64,000 nucleotides of DNA, taken from positions 1 to 64,000 of IMG/VR virus record IMGVR_UViG_3300015214_000026; one strand, given 5' to 3'. The DNA comes from a virus (lineage: Duplodnaviria > Caudoviricetes). The notes beneath the pieces were generated by a model, which saw only the letters and a list, made by a program, of their open reading frames with translations, searched no databases and was not told where the DNA came from. Positions 10,477-20,222 of the stretch are shown in pieces (positions within the stretch are counted from its first letter, which is position 1; every line of letters starts with the position of its first letter). Both the position numbers and the translations under genes were made by a program.

Positions 10477-10896
10477 ATGGAATTTGTTTACCTTCGAAGG
10501 GTCCAATCAGAACGTGGTGAACGTTTGTTGCCTACAAATGTTAATGATGATATCGCTTTGATGAAAGCTAGGACGCTTTTATATGTTCTAGCTAATAACC
10601 AAAAATTGGAAAAAGAGACGTATGAAACGCATACTCTTTATTATCCAATATGGAATCCAGCGATTAAAACATTGGCTACGCCACTTAGACCTTCAACCTA
10701 TGAAGACATAGGAGCTATTATCCCTGTAATACCTTTTAAACAGGTATGGGAGCAACCCGGTACTGCCTATGTATTCGGCGATCTTGAAAATCAGGCGTTG
10801 TTTACAACCTATCTTTTGTCATCTAAACGTTGGTTAGACGGCCATCCGGGATCGCAGGAAGAAATAGAAACTAAGATTTTGGAGGTAGCCCCATAA
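10477..10896 (+). CDS. Hypothetical protein
   Basis: ORF with RBS GGGAG. Confidence 0.7.
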   Translation: MEFVYLRRVQSERGERLLPTNVNDDIALMKARTLLYVLANNQKLEKETYETHTLYYPIWNPAIKTLATPLRPSTYEDIGAIIPVIPFKQVWEQPGTAYVFGDLENQALFTTYLLSSKRWLDGHPGSQEEIETKILEVAP

Positions 10897-10911
10897 GGGG
10901 CTACTTTTTTC

Positions 10912-12420
10912 ATGAAAAATACACTTACTTTTCAAGATGCAGAAGGAATCTTTAAATTGAAAATGAATGACCTTATTACATCTTCTGTATCGGTTTATAC
11001 GCTTTACAATTCGGATACAGAAGACGAATTAAACTGCGACTTCGCGGAACTTTTTGGTTCTAGCGAAGTAATCCATAATTCGTTTACTAAAACTGCGTAT
11101 GGGGAACAAATAAACATAAAATCAATAATGTCTCCGTATGACTCTAACTATGAATGGGATATAGAACGTGTATTCGCGTTGTCCGAAGTAATGACTGCGC
11201 TATGTGATCTTTATCCTGATGCGTATGTTGGTAATATTAGAAATCAAGAATCTATTATAGCTAATTTTGTAGCTCTAACTAGAGGATTATCTACTTATCT
11301 ACCAGAAGGAGCGATGGATCAATTTCAAGATTCTGTACATGAAGAACTTGAAAATGAAGGTAAGCTTCTTGATGCGGAAGAAGAAATAACCATTTACGGT
11401 ACAATTTTTACTAAATTTACTAGTGAAACCGCTGAATATAACGATGTAACCGAGCATATTCATACAGTAGTATTTAGTGTGTTCTTAGAATTTGAAGATA
11501 TACAATTTATTGTGAATTTTAACTTTAATAATGGTTTAGACGTTATATATAATGAGAATGCGGCAATAATTAGAACTACTACAGCCCCTACCGCACAAAT
11601 GGGTAAACATGTGGGTAAGGATTATATAACAGCATTACTTAGAGCAAAATTGGAAGGGGAAATTCAATTGGAAGAAGAGGCTGTTACTTATATAACAGCC
11701 ATTAATAAAGAAGATTACGCGCCATATAATTTTATCTATATGATGAATAATTTATTTGTTTCTGCGATAGAAGGTGATTCTTCTGTATATCGCTCTTTGA
11801 AGCCTATGAATTATTTTGTTGTATCTGATACTGTAGTATCATTAGACGGTGATATTATCACCGCAGATAATCACTCTATATTAGAATTTATACAAGAAAA
11901 TCAAATCGATATTGACATTAGCATAGTAGATGAAATCGAAGATTTTGGTGATGGTCTGCTTCGTGTTTTAGTTTTGTTCGATAAAATAGAACGTTTCGAT
12001 AATACGAATGATTTGTTGGATAAAAATATAGCCGATTATACAAGCCTTATTCTAGATAAATATATGGGTATAACGCTTACCGGAACTACTTTTTATACGC
12101 TAAGAGAGTATGTAGATTTACATTTTGATTCTATATGCAAACTTGTAGGTAATCCTAATAATATAGAAAATCGTACATGGCTAGAAATAGAGGAACCCCC
12201 TCTTGTTACTATGCCACATATGATAGTTCGTGATATTGACGACATTCCTTTGTGGGTTTATATGGTAGCAATTCCATGTATTTTGTATCTATCTAATACG
12301 TTGGAAGATGAGGAGATAATTGAATTAGCGGAATATGATGATAAAGGTATAGAGAACCACTCCAAATTTATGGAAACTGTGTATATAGTAAAAGAACTGC
12401 TTGATAGAAAATGGAATTAA
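10912..12420 (+). CDS. Hypothetical highly acidic protein
   Basis: 502-aa ORF. Confidence 0.8.
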   Translation: MKNTLTFQDAEGIFKLKMNDLITSSVSVYTLYNSDTEDELNCDFAELFGSSEVIHNSFTKTAYGEQINIKSIMSPYDSNYEWDIERVFALSEVMTALCDLYPDAYVGNIRNQESIIANFVALTRGLSTYLPEGAMDQFQDSVHEELENEGKLLDAEEEITIYGTIFTKFTSETAEYNDVTEHIHTVVFSVFLEFEDIQFIVNFNFNNGLDVIYNENAAIIRTTTAPTAQMGKHVGKDYITALLRAKLEGEIQLEEEAVTYITAINKEDYAPYNFIYMMNNLFVSAIEGDSSVYRSLKPMNYFVVSDTVVSLDGDIITADNHSILEFIQENQIDIDISIVDEIEDFGDGLLRVLVLFDKIERFDNTNDLLDKNIADYTSLILDKYMGITLTGTTFYTLREYVDLHFDSICKLVGNPNNIENRTWLEIEEPPLVTMPHMIVRDIDDIPLWVYMVAIPCILYLSNTLEDEEIIELAEYDDKGIENHSKFMETVYIVKELLDRKWN

Positions 12421-12435
12421 TTTAACAGGTGAAGC

Positions 12436-12858
12436 ATGGAAATTGAACTTCAACTTTTAAGAAAAAGGATAGAAAAGCTCACGGATGAAGTTGAGCTATG
12501 GAAAGAAAAGTATCAACACTTGAAGGGTGCTCTTTTACCTAGGCTACTCCTTCATGGTAAGTATGATTTAACCGAAACAGAAGTGACTATATTAAGCTTT
12601 TTCCTTTCGAATCAGGGTGTATTTAGAAAAGACCTATTTACTTGCATGTATTTGGATAAACCTGAAATACCTGATAAGAAAGGTATGGATACATATATAT
12701 GCCGAATACGTAGTAAAATAAAGAAGCATAACCTACCTATAGAAATTTCCACCATGTGGGGCATAGGTTGGTCTATGGATAAAAAAGGTCTGGATTTCCT
12801 ACGTAAACATTGTAGACAACTAGAAATCCTTACAAATACGGACGTAAAAATATCATAA
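12436..12858 (+). CDS. OmpR/PhoB-type winged-helix regulator (CtrA-like DNA-binding domain) with N-terminal coiled coil and no receiver domain
   Basis: LTETEVTIL...MDTYICRIRSKI...ISTMWGIGW, cf. CtrA LTGKEYQML...IDVFICKLRKKL...IETVWGRGY. Confidence 0.75.
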   Translation: MEIELQLLRKRIEKLTDEVELWKEKYQHLKGALLPRLLLHGKYDLTETEVTILSFFLSNQGVFRKDLFTCMYLDKPEIPDKKGMDTYICRIRSKIKKHNLPIEISTMWGIGWSMDKKGLDFLRKHCRQLEILTNTDVKIS

Positions 12859-12870
12859 TTTTAATATTAT

Positions 12871-12895
12871 GGGCAGGTAAATCCTGCCCTTTTTG
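12871..12895 (+). terminator. Rho-independent terminator
   Basis: GGGCAGG/CCTGCCC stem plus T run. Confidence 0.7.
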
Positions 12896-12949
12896 TTGCT
12901 CTTATATAACCCTAATTCTATGTTTCATTGGGTTATAAAGAGAATATCT

Positions 12950-13894
12950 ATGCTATATTTCGATTATTTGGAAAAAGCAGCTGTAAATGACTATAATCTA
13001 TATCACGCTACAGGTTTACACAAACTGTATTCTATAATTTCTACAAACTCTTTACGATTATCTTTGGCAGAATCAAATTCGAGTGAATCCAGTTTAGGTG
13101 TTCCTAAGCTATACTACATGTCTTTTGCAAGAACACCAGCTTCAGGATATATTGCTGATCGAGGAGAGTCTTTAAGGTCTGTTAATGAGGCAGCTTTAAT
13201 AGTATTCGATAGACATAAATTGTTAAAAAAGCGAGGTGTGATCGTAAATCCTGTGCAGTATTATAACTTGGACTCACGAGGTCGCATATACGGTTCACAG
13301 GCACGCGAAGCAGAAGAACGCCTTTTCTCTAATAGTCTAGAAATAAAGAATATAGTTTCTTCTATCAAAGAAGTACGCATAATGACGTTTGGGGATAAAT
13401 ACCCAGTGCCTAGTATTTCAAAGAAGCTATTGTTGCTAATCAAAACCAACAAAATCAAATTAAAATTATTTACAATGGATAATTTTCAAGGCTTTTTGCT
13501 AGGTAAAGAGAAATCAAGCGATAGAGTCTTAGCTTTTAATAACTTAAAAGCGTCTGAATATACCATAAATACCTATTCGTCAGAAGCTAGACGAGCTAAA
13601 CAAATAACTAAAAAGAAGCCTAATTGGAACTCGTTTAACTCCTTAGACAATTTACACGAATACGTATATAAAAATACCAAGGGTGAATTAACTAGACAGG
13701 CTAGATCTTCACTCTACTACCATACACGCTATCCAGAAGCGTTTATGGAATCCTATAGTGCAGATTTACATAATATGCGTTCTGGAATTTTCATGGATAA
13801 AGATAGATTTGATAGACTATTGAAGCGTATGAAGTCTAAAACAGTGAAAGAGTTTTTCAATAAACTATATATAAAATGGAAAGATAAAGAATAA
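12950..13894 (+). CDS. Hypothetical protein
   Basis: Long ORF; ATG at 12950 follows the CCTAATTCTA motif. Confidence 0.7.
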   Translation: MLYFDYLEKAAVNDYNLYHATGLHKLYSIISTNSLRLSLAESNSSESSLGVPKLYYMSFARTPASGYIADRGESLRSVNEAALIVFDRHKLLKKRGVIVNPVQYYNLDSRGRIYGSQAREAEERLFSNSLEIKNIVSSIKEVRIMTFGDKYPVPSISKKLLLLIKTNKIKLKLFTMDNFQGFLLGKEKSSDRVLAFNNLKASEYTINTYSSEARRAKQITKKKPNWNSFNSLDNLHEYVYKNTKGELTRQARSSLYYHTRYPEAFMESYSADLHNMRSGIFMDKDRFDRLLKRMKSKTVKEFFNKLYIKWKDKE

Positions 13895-13919
13895 TTAAAA
13901 TAATTTAAGGAAACACAAC

Positions 13920-16259
13920 ATGAATAAGAAACCGTTAGGATCACCAGTAAAAGCGGACCTGAAAAGAAATTGTCTTTTATGCTCTAGATGGGCTATGTGC
14001 CGCGATCCTAATAAGGACATGGATTATGCTTGTACTAGATTCACTACTACATTTGACGCTTCAATATATGATGTAATAGAAGAAGACAATGAATATGAGG
14101 CTACACAGAAAAAGAAAAAGAAAAATAAAAAAGAAGACTTTATAAAAGAACAGCGATTAGGATTTAATTCTTCTGTTAACATTACTGAAAAGCATATTAA
14201 AGAAGATACTATTTATGATCTTATAACAGATGTATTAGATTCAGGTAATCCACTGCCACCAGACCTTAAAATCAATGATAAAGACATAGAAAAACCTGCT
14301 AATATCATCGATTGGATGACTAAGGAAGAATTTATTGGTGGCGATCAGCAACCTTTTGCTCGTCAGATGCAAATTGCTCTACATTTCATGGCGGAATGGT
14401 GCCCTAGATGTAGTGATGAGGACTATATAGAGAATATACCCGTAGCGGATACCTTAGACGATGTTAAATCGAATGTGGTGTTCTTAAAGAATGGTAAATG
14501 TCCTAGATGTAAAGCTACTAAATATGATTTAGTTACCGAAGGTGAGCTAGATGATCCAGTAGAGCTGATTAGTATCCTTGGCCAAAGATCTGGCAAGAGC
14601 ATTCTTTCGACTATGATAGAATCATATAATATAGCAAAATGGGTTACAACACCTAATCTGCCAGCTACATTTAAGGTTCTACAATCATCAGTTTTTACTG
14701 GAACCTACACGGCTACTACGTTTGGGCAAGCTAAAGGTTCATTCTGGGATCCGCTAAATTCAATTTTATTAGATTCTAATTGGTTTAAGCAATACCATAA
14801 ATTTCTTACTGAAACTGGCTATAAGCTCGGTGAAGAATTATATAAGCATAGTGAAACTATTCTTACCTATCGTCATAAAAATATGATATTGGCACCCGCT
14901 TCACCATCACAAAGGTCTTTGCGAGGAAGAACCCGCCTTTCAGCGGTCGTTGATGAAGCCGGTTGGTTTCGTATAGGGCAAAAGAAACAAGGTGGGGATT
15001 TTGAGCGTATGAACGGCAATGAAGTATACGCCGCTTTAAAACGTTCACTTACTACCATGAGAGTTGCTTATCAGAGAAGATTTGAACAAGGATACTATAA
15101 CCTACCCAAACCAACTTTATCTATGATTAGTTCACCTTCTGCTAGAAATGATCTAATTATGACTAGGTTTAGAAAATCTCAAGGCTCCACAGAGGTGTAT
15201 ACCTGTAAAACACCGACGTGGTTAGCTAATCCGAATCTACCTAGAAAAGCGTTCAACGAAGAATTTCGTACTGATTACGTAGCAGCCATGCGAGACTATG
15301 GGTGCGAACCGCCGATGGCCGCTAATCCGTGGATTAAAGATGAAGAACTTATAGAAAATTCATTTGGTAAGGATAAGAACGCGATTCTTGTTACTACTAA
15401 GCGAATAAAGACCAAATCTCGTAAATTAGCCACTTCCGGTCATTATAAAACAGTACGTAGACCTATTCCACCATTGGGCGGAGGCACTATTCTAGGCTTA
15501 GACGCTGGGTTTAGTAATAATTCCTTTGCTTTTTGTATAGCTGCGCCAAATTCAATACCTGATGCTGACGATGAGGATGAAGAAACCGTATTGGTCGGTA
15601 TGGATGTTTTAGCGGTAGGGGAGATTATACCTAGAAAAGACTATCCTATATCGTTTACTTCCATATATCGGAATATTCTAGAGCCTCTTTGCACAGAATT
15701 TAACGTAGCTGTAGTTATATCGGATAGCTGGCAGAATAAGAAAATACAGCAAGATTTAGAGGAAAACGTTGGAGTTTCGTATTACGAAATCAAAGCGGGT
15801 ATGCAGGAGTTCATAGACTATAAGGATTGTCTATATCATGAATTGATTACCCACCCTAAATTGGATATGAAGTTTAAAGAAATATCTGAAATGACATTGG
15901 AAGACTATCCTCAATGTTTTTCTAAAACTCCTGTAGCGCACCTTGCTTTCCAAATGATGACTGTTCAAAATACCGGAACAGCTGTAGTTAAAGGAGAAGA
16001 AGGTACTACAGATGATATCCTTAGAGCTTGTATAGTATGCCACGCAGGATTACAAGATGAAGAAGTATTAGGTGAAGTTTTAAGCTTCTCTACGGTGTCG
16101 CACACACCTAGAATGGCATTAGGTGCCGTAGCTTTAGGTTCATCTGGCGGAGCTAGCACTTCTAGATCATCTAATATAGGGGTAGTATCTTCATATGGAA
16201 GCGGGGGCGGTCCGATTTCTAATATAGGAAATATCGGAGTGCTGGGACGAAAAACGTAG
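13920..16259 (+). CDS. terL: Terminase large subunit
   Basis: Walker A GQRSGKS, Walker B AVVDEAG, coupling motif ISS, nuclease ILGLDAG and C-terminal DDI; extra Cys-rich N-terminus. Confidence 0.8.
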   Translation: MNKKPLGSPVKADLKRNCLLCSRWAMCRDPNKDMDYACTRFTTTFDASIYDVIEEDNEYEATQKKKKKNKKEDFIKEQRLGFNSSVNITEKHIKEDTIYDLITDVLDSGNPLPPDLKINDKDIEKPANIIDWMTKEEFIGGDQQPFARQMQIALHFMAEWCPRCSDEDYIENIPVADTLDDVKSNVVFLKNGKCPRCKATKYDLVTEGELDDPVELISILGQRSGKSILSTMIESYNIAKWVTTPNLPATFKVLQSSVFTGTYTATTFGQAKGSFWDPLNSILLDSNWFKQYHKFLTETGYKLGEELYKHSETILTYRHKNMILAPASPSQRSLRGRTRLSAVVDEAGWFRIGQKKQGGDFERMNGNEVYAALKRSLTTMRVAYQRRFEQGYYNLPKPTLSMISSPSARNDLIMTRFRKSQGSTEVYTCKTPTWLANPNLPRKAFNEEFRTDYVAAMRDYGCEPPMAANPWIKDEELIENSFGKDKNAILVTTKRIKTKSRKLATSGHYKTVRRPIPPLGGGTILGLDAGFSNNSFAFCIAAPNSIPDADDEDEETVLVGMDVLAVGEIIPRKDYPISFTSIYRNILEPLCTEFNVAVVISDSWQNKKIQQDLEENVGVSYYEIKAGMQEFIDYKDCLYHELITHPKLDMKFKEISEMTLEDYPQCFSKTPVAHLAFQMMTVQNTGTAVVKGEEGTTDDILRACIVCHAGLQDEEVLGEVLSFSTVSHTPRMALGAVALGSSGGASTSRSSNIGVVSSYGSGGGPISNIGNIGVLGRKT

Positions 16260-16272
16260 TAAAATCAATGTA

Positions 16273-16301
16273 TTGACTTCCGCCAAGAAATGTGGTATTA
16301 T
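16273..16301 (+). promoter_or_regulatory. Sigma70-type promoter
   Basis: TTGACT-17nt-TATTAT with TG. Confidence 0.6.
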
Positions 16302-16315
16302 AAATAATATACTTC

Positions 16316-16639
16316 TTGGCGGGAGGTTTTATTTTGAAACGTGTATTATCCAAGAAAGAGCGTATAGAGCAAGCTAAGAAAGAACTCAATAAAACATTGA
16401 AGAAAACAGGGTATCTTTCTTATCTAGCTAAACATGGCGAATCCGCCAGACCTTCCTTCCCCAATTTAAAAATACCTGAAAATAAGATTACTACTTCCGA
16501 CAAAATAATTCATGTCGCAGGTAAGAAAGAATTGCCTAAAGACGCTAAGCAATTCAATGTACAATCGCCGCATAAACAAGGCTTGATGTTATACATTCCA
16601 TCGGATGGCATGGAACATGCCGGCGGTAAAAAATCGTGA
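16316..16639 (+). CDS. Hypothetical basic protein
   Basis: ORF downstream of the promoter; GGAGG precedes an internal TTG start, so the true start may be slightly later. Confidence 0.65.
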   Translation: MAGGFILKRVLSKKERIEQAKKELNKTLKKTGYLSYLAKHGESARPSFPNLKIPENKITTSDKIIHVAGKKELPKDAKQFNVQSPHKQGLMLYIPSDGMEHAGGKKS

Positions 16640-16654
16640 AAGGGGGAAGTTACT

Positions 16655-16894
16655 ATGGGGTTAGGCGTAGACGTAGAAATTATAAAAACAGATGATTTTA
16701 AAAAGCTTAAAGAAATTGTAGACATAGTAGAATCTACAAAAGAAATTGTAGACATAGTAGAATCTACAAAAGAAATTGTAGACATAATAGAATCTACAAA
16801 AGTTTACAACGGTAGATATGTTAAGAGCTACGACGTAAAATCAGCTATTTCTGATGATTTTTTCGAAATGACTATCATATTATATGATTATTAG
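16655..16894 (+). CDS. Hypothetical protein with KEIVDI(V/I)EST repeats
   Basis: RBS GGGGG; in-frame repeat. Confidence 0.55.
   Translation: MGLGVDVEIIKTDDFKKLKEIVDIVESTKEIVDIVESTKEIVDIIESTKVYNGRYVKSYDVKSAISDDFFEMTIILYDY
16709..16802. repeat. Three 30-bp tandem repeats, each internally palindromic
   Basis: AAAGAAATTGTAGACATAGTAGAATCTACA x3 with one substitution; TTGTAGA/TCTACAA inverted arms. Confidence 0.95.
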
Positions 16895-16906
16895 GATTCA
16901 ATTAAC

Positions 16907-18196
16907 ATGCCTAATATATTTGCACCACATATTTGCCCAATAAAATCAGCTTTATCTATCGATAGTAAAAGATTGTCTCGTTTATGCTTTGAATCGTACG
17001 AGATTTTATCATCAGCTTTGCGTAAATCTAAAATACATGAATTAAAGAAAGTAGAATCCAAACTCTATAAAGCGCATGCGGGGCATTATAATCATCCTAC
17101 TGTTGATTGGGTATTAAAGGATTCTTTGCATTTTGAATGGGTTCTAAAAAACGCACAAGAGCTTAATAACCAATATGTATTACGATATAAGAAAGATGAC
17201 AATTGTAAGCCTTATAATCAGCTTAACCAAATAATGGAAAAGGCTTTACAATATTTACCGGATACAAAATATAAACGCAGAAATTATAAATTTATAGAAT
17301 TTGATGAGTTCTTTAATTACAATCAATTTAAATCGCAATATAATAAGAAATATGAGGGTGACGTAGTATTAGACCCGGAAGTATCAGTTAAAACTAGGTA
17401 TAGGCTTGCGCTACTTCATAAATGGCTATATTTAGACGCTAGAGATGTAAGTTGGCATGAGGTTACACCGCCTATTTGGGTATACAATCCTATATACAGA
17501 GATTTTTTGCGTAAGCATTTTGGTAAACCAATTAACAAATTAGAAATATTTAATCCTAAATCCGCGGGTTACGTTAAATCTCTAGCTTCAGCTTCTTCTA
17601 AAAATAAAAATCTTCTGTCTTTGCTTGATATTGGGAAATCGCTTATTATAGATGATTTAAAGGTATCAACCAATTCTTCCTTTGATACGCATAGTTGTGC
17701 GGTATTTGATTCGTCTGAAGCTTATAGATATTATCTATCTAGGCAATGGAATACTAATAAACCACTTATAGCCTGTATGTTGAATCCTAGTACCGCGGAT
17801 GCTTTCAAAAACGACCCTACTGTTCAAATCATAGAAAATCTAGCTAAATCTATGTCCTGTGGAGGATTCATAGTTATTAATTTTGCAGCTCTGCGAGCTA
17901 CTGACCCTAAAGATATGCTATCAAGCAATGATCCATTTGGTGAATATAATCACTACATAGTGAATAAAACTATGAGTCAAGTAGTTAATCGTTGGAGGAC
18001 TAAACCTGATGTATTGCTTGCTTATGGTAATAATGTAGAAAAATTACCTACGGGTATACATGAAGCTAATAATATAAATCGCATCTGTGCTAAATACGGT
18101 AGACTAAAGTGTTTGAAAATCACAAAGAAGGGTTTTCCACAACACCCGCTTTACTTATCTAGAGACATTAAGCCTGGGAGATATTTGCCATGGTAG
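16907..18196 (+). CDS. Fusion of pyrimidine-dimer-DNA-glycosylase-like N-domain and DUF1643 C-domain
   Basis: MxNIF..H.NHP.V.W..L...Y..RY N-terminus; YRYYLSRQW, MLNPSTAD, DPT, RATDP and PQHPLY C-terminus. Confidence 0.75.
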   Translation: MPNIFAPHICPIKSALSIDSKRLSRLCFESYEILSSALRKSKIHELKKVESKLYKAHAGHYNHPTVDWVLKDSLHFEWVLKNAQELNNQYVLRYKKDDNCKPYNQLNQIMEKALQYLPDTKYKRRNYKFIEFDEFFNYNQFKSQYNKKYEGDVVLDPEVSVKTRYRLALLHKWLYLDARDVSWHEVTPPIWVYNPIYRDFLRKHFGKPINKLEIFNPKSAGYVKSLASASSKNKNLLSLLDIGKSLIIDDLKVSTNSSFDTHSCAVFDSSEAYRYYLSRQWNTNKPLIACMLNPSTADAFKNDPTVQIIENLAKSMSCGGFIVINFAALRATDPKDMLSSNDPFGEYNHYIVNKTMSQVVNRWRTKPDVLLAYGNNVEKLPTGIHEANNINRICAKYGRLKCLKITKKGFPQHPLYLSRDIKPGRYLPW

Positions 18197-18651
18197 ATCA
18201 TCTTCCTGATCCTAGACATGCTGAAAAGCATATATGCTATTGTTGTGGTAAGAAAAATATATCGGATCAGCATCATATAAGACCAATTGAATACAATGGC
18301 CCTAAAAATGGTGTTACTGTACCTTTATGCCCTACTTGTCATAGATCAGTGCATAGAGAAGGCGAATACCGATTTAAAAATCAGGATGAAGGTAAATTTA
18401 TAAATCATCAGGAATTTCCTAATCCTTTATATTATCAAAGAGCTGATTTATTAGCGAATTATATATTACAATCTAAGATACGTTTTATTTTAGAAGGTAA
18501 ATCTAAGGCTGACGACAGTAGGAACATGATACAAGTCTCTTTCACCAATGAAGAACTTAGAATGGTTCATGCTTTAAAGAGAGATTTGGGATTTACTTCT
18601 TTACCTAAACTGATAAAATACCTTATACAAAATAAAATAGCTTCTAAATGA
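18190..18651 (+). CDS. HNH-domain protein
   Basis: CxxC...HHI.P...LCPTCH..VH. Confidence 0.75.
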   Translation: MVDHLPDPRHAEKHICYCCGKKNISDQHHIRPIEYNGPKNGVTVPLCPTCHRSVHREGEYRFKNQDEGKFINHQEFPNPLYYQRADLLANYILQSKIRFILEGKSKADDSRNMIQVSFTNEELRMVHALKRDLGFTSLPKLIKYLIQNKIASK

Positions 18652-19631
18652 CAACGAAGGGGTGGCCTAACATGAAAAAGATGGTGCCTTTAACTGAAAA
18701 GAGCTCTAATAGGATTTCTAGGGTTGCGTTTAGAATTTCTGATGAAGGTATTATAGCTTTAGCAGGTAGACGTAGAGAGCGTCATGTATATAACGCTGAT
18801 TTGTATAATATGTCTATTACCAGAACACTTCCAGCGGAAATTCATACAGATAGCGTTCCCATAACTGAATTGTTTAAGCTTATATATTTATCTTATTTAT
18901 ATATTTTAAGAGTAGTTAATACAAAAGATATGCGTAGATTAACTACTGTGCATAGGGATGTGATTACAGCTACTAAAGATCGTGTATTTATGTCAGATAA
19001 TATATTGAAATATAAAATAGCTACTTTACGTTGTGTAATACAAAAATTAACTCCTGATGATTCTATTGAAATAGAAAAGCACTTTAAGGCTTGTGACCTG
19101 ACCGCTGATGACGCCATATTATACCATATGCTATATCATAACTATGATATAGAGAGTTTTATTGAAATAGTTAATACTATTGAAGATATCAAATTTACTC
19201 TAGACGTAGAAGCTTTGGCAAAAGAAAAAAATAATCCTAAAATTATAGCTATGTTTGAAAGAACAGCTAATACTTTTTCTTATAGAAAACTTAGATTTAT
19301 CGCTGATAGCAATAGATTTGAACCTAAAGACATTAAACAAGATTTGATACTTAGGGCTGTTCAGTCATATTATTGGGTTAGGCCATTCTATTCTATAGAC
19401 CATGCTATTAATTATGCTAATAGGTCTATGCATGGTTACACGCATTGTATTCGTGAATACTATAATGATGAATCTAGGCGTAGACTGTCAGAAGACGATG
19501 GTTACGGGCATCAGAATACCATTCAGTCGTTTGACGAAGTTATAATGACTACTACGAATGATTATACGCTTAATGAAGATGCTATAATATCGTATATTGA
19601 CCATAAAAATCGATTTCTTGAAGCGGTGTAG
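18648..19631 (+). CDS. Hypothetical protein, possibly a divergent sigma-factor-like transcription factor
   Basis: FEPKDIKQDLILRAV weakly resembles sigma region 2; function uncertain. Confidence 0.55.
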   Translation: MTTKGWPNMKKMVPLTEKSSNRISRVAFRISDEGIIALAGRRRERHVYNADLYNMSITRTLPAEIHTDSVPITELFKLIYLSYLYILRVVNTKDMRRLTTVHRDVITATKDRVFMSDNILKYKIATLRCVIQKLTPDDSIEIEKHFKACDLTADDAILYHMLYHNYDIESFIEIVNTIEDIKFTLDVEALAKEKNNPKIIAMFERTANTFSYRKLRFIADSNRFEPKDIKQDLILRAVQSYYWVRPFYSIDHAINYANRSMHGYTHCIREYYNDESRRRLSEDDGYGHQNTIQSFDEVIMTTTNDYTLNEDAIISYIDHKNRFLEAV

Positions 19632-19633
19632 CT

Positions 19634-20218
19634 ATGAAAAAGAAAACGATTCGAATGTCCGACCTTAACAAAAAGGTCAATATCAATACAGAAATACCTG
19701 ATAAATTAGATAGTGTATTTGATTCAAAAGAATTTGATTCTATTCCAGTAGAATTGATTCAAAAGATTTTTATAAAAAAGTATGGGGAGCATAAAGCAGC
19801 TATACTTAATCTTGCTTTATCTAGATTGGCGTTTGGTACAGCGTTATCAAATGTGGAAGCATCTATTAAGGATGCTATGGAAGAAGCTATTATTCTAGAT
19901 ACTGATAAAACCAGAGAATCCTTAGATGTAGGATTTACGCTGGCTATGATAACACAAGGTTATTCTGATGCCTTTTCGTTTATTACCGATGAAGAAGTAA
20001 GAAAAGAAATTATTCTTACGCTTATAACAGGTAAAAAATTAACTAATGCTAAACAAAAAGGACCAGTTGGTTATATAAAAGGATCAGAAGGAGTAGAAAA
20101 AGATTTAGAAGAAATTAAAAAGCATGTATCTAACAAGCTTGAAAAAGATACAGATTCTATGTATGGAAATATATCTGGTAGTAAAGTAGGTATATTAGGT
20201 CGAAGAAAGACCGATTAA
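19634..20218 (+). CDS. Hypothetical protein
   Basis: Packed ORF; its C-terminus (VGILGRRKT) resembles the terminase C-terminus (IGVLGRKT). Confidence 0.7.
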   Translation: MKKKTIRMSDLNKKVNINTEIPDKLDSVFDSKEFDSIPVELIQKIFIKKYGEHKAAILNLALSRLAFGTALSNVEASIKDAMEEAIILDTDKTRESLDVGFTLAMITQGYSDAFSFITDEEVRKEIILTLITGKKLTNAKQKGPVGYIKGSEGVEKDLEEIKKHVSNKLEKDTDSMYGNISGSKVGILGRRKTD

Positions 20219-20222
20219 TATC

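Noticed and set aside
16709-16802. CRISPR array (reverse strand AATTTCTTTTGTAGAT resembles a Cas12a repeat end)
   Set aside because: No spacers, the Cas12a stem is incomplete, the repeat is in frame within an ORF, and no cas genes are present.
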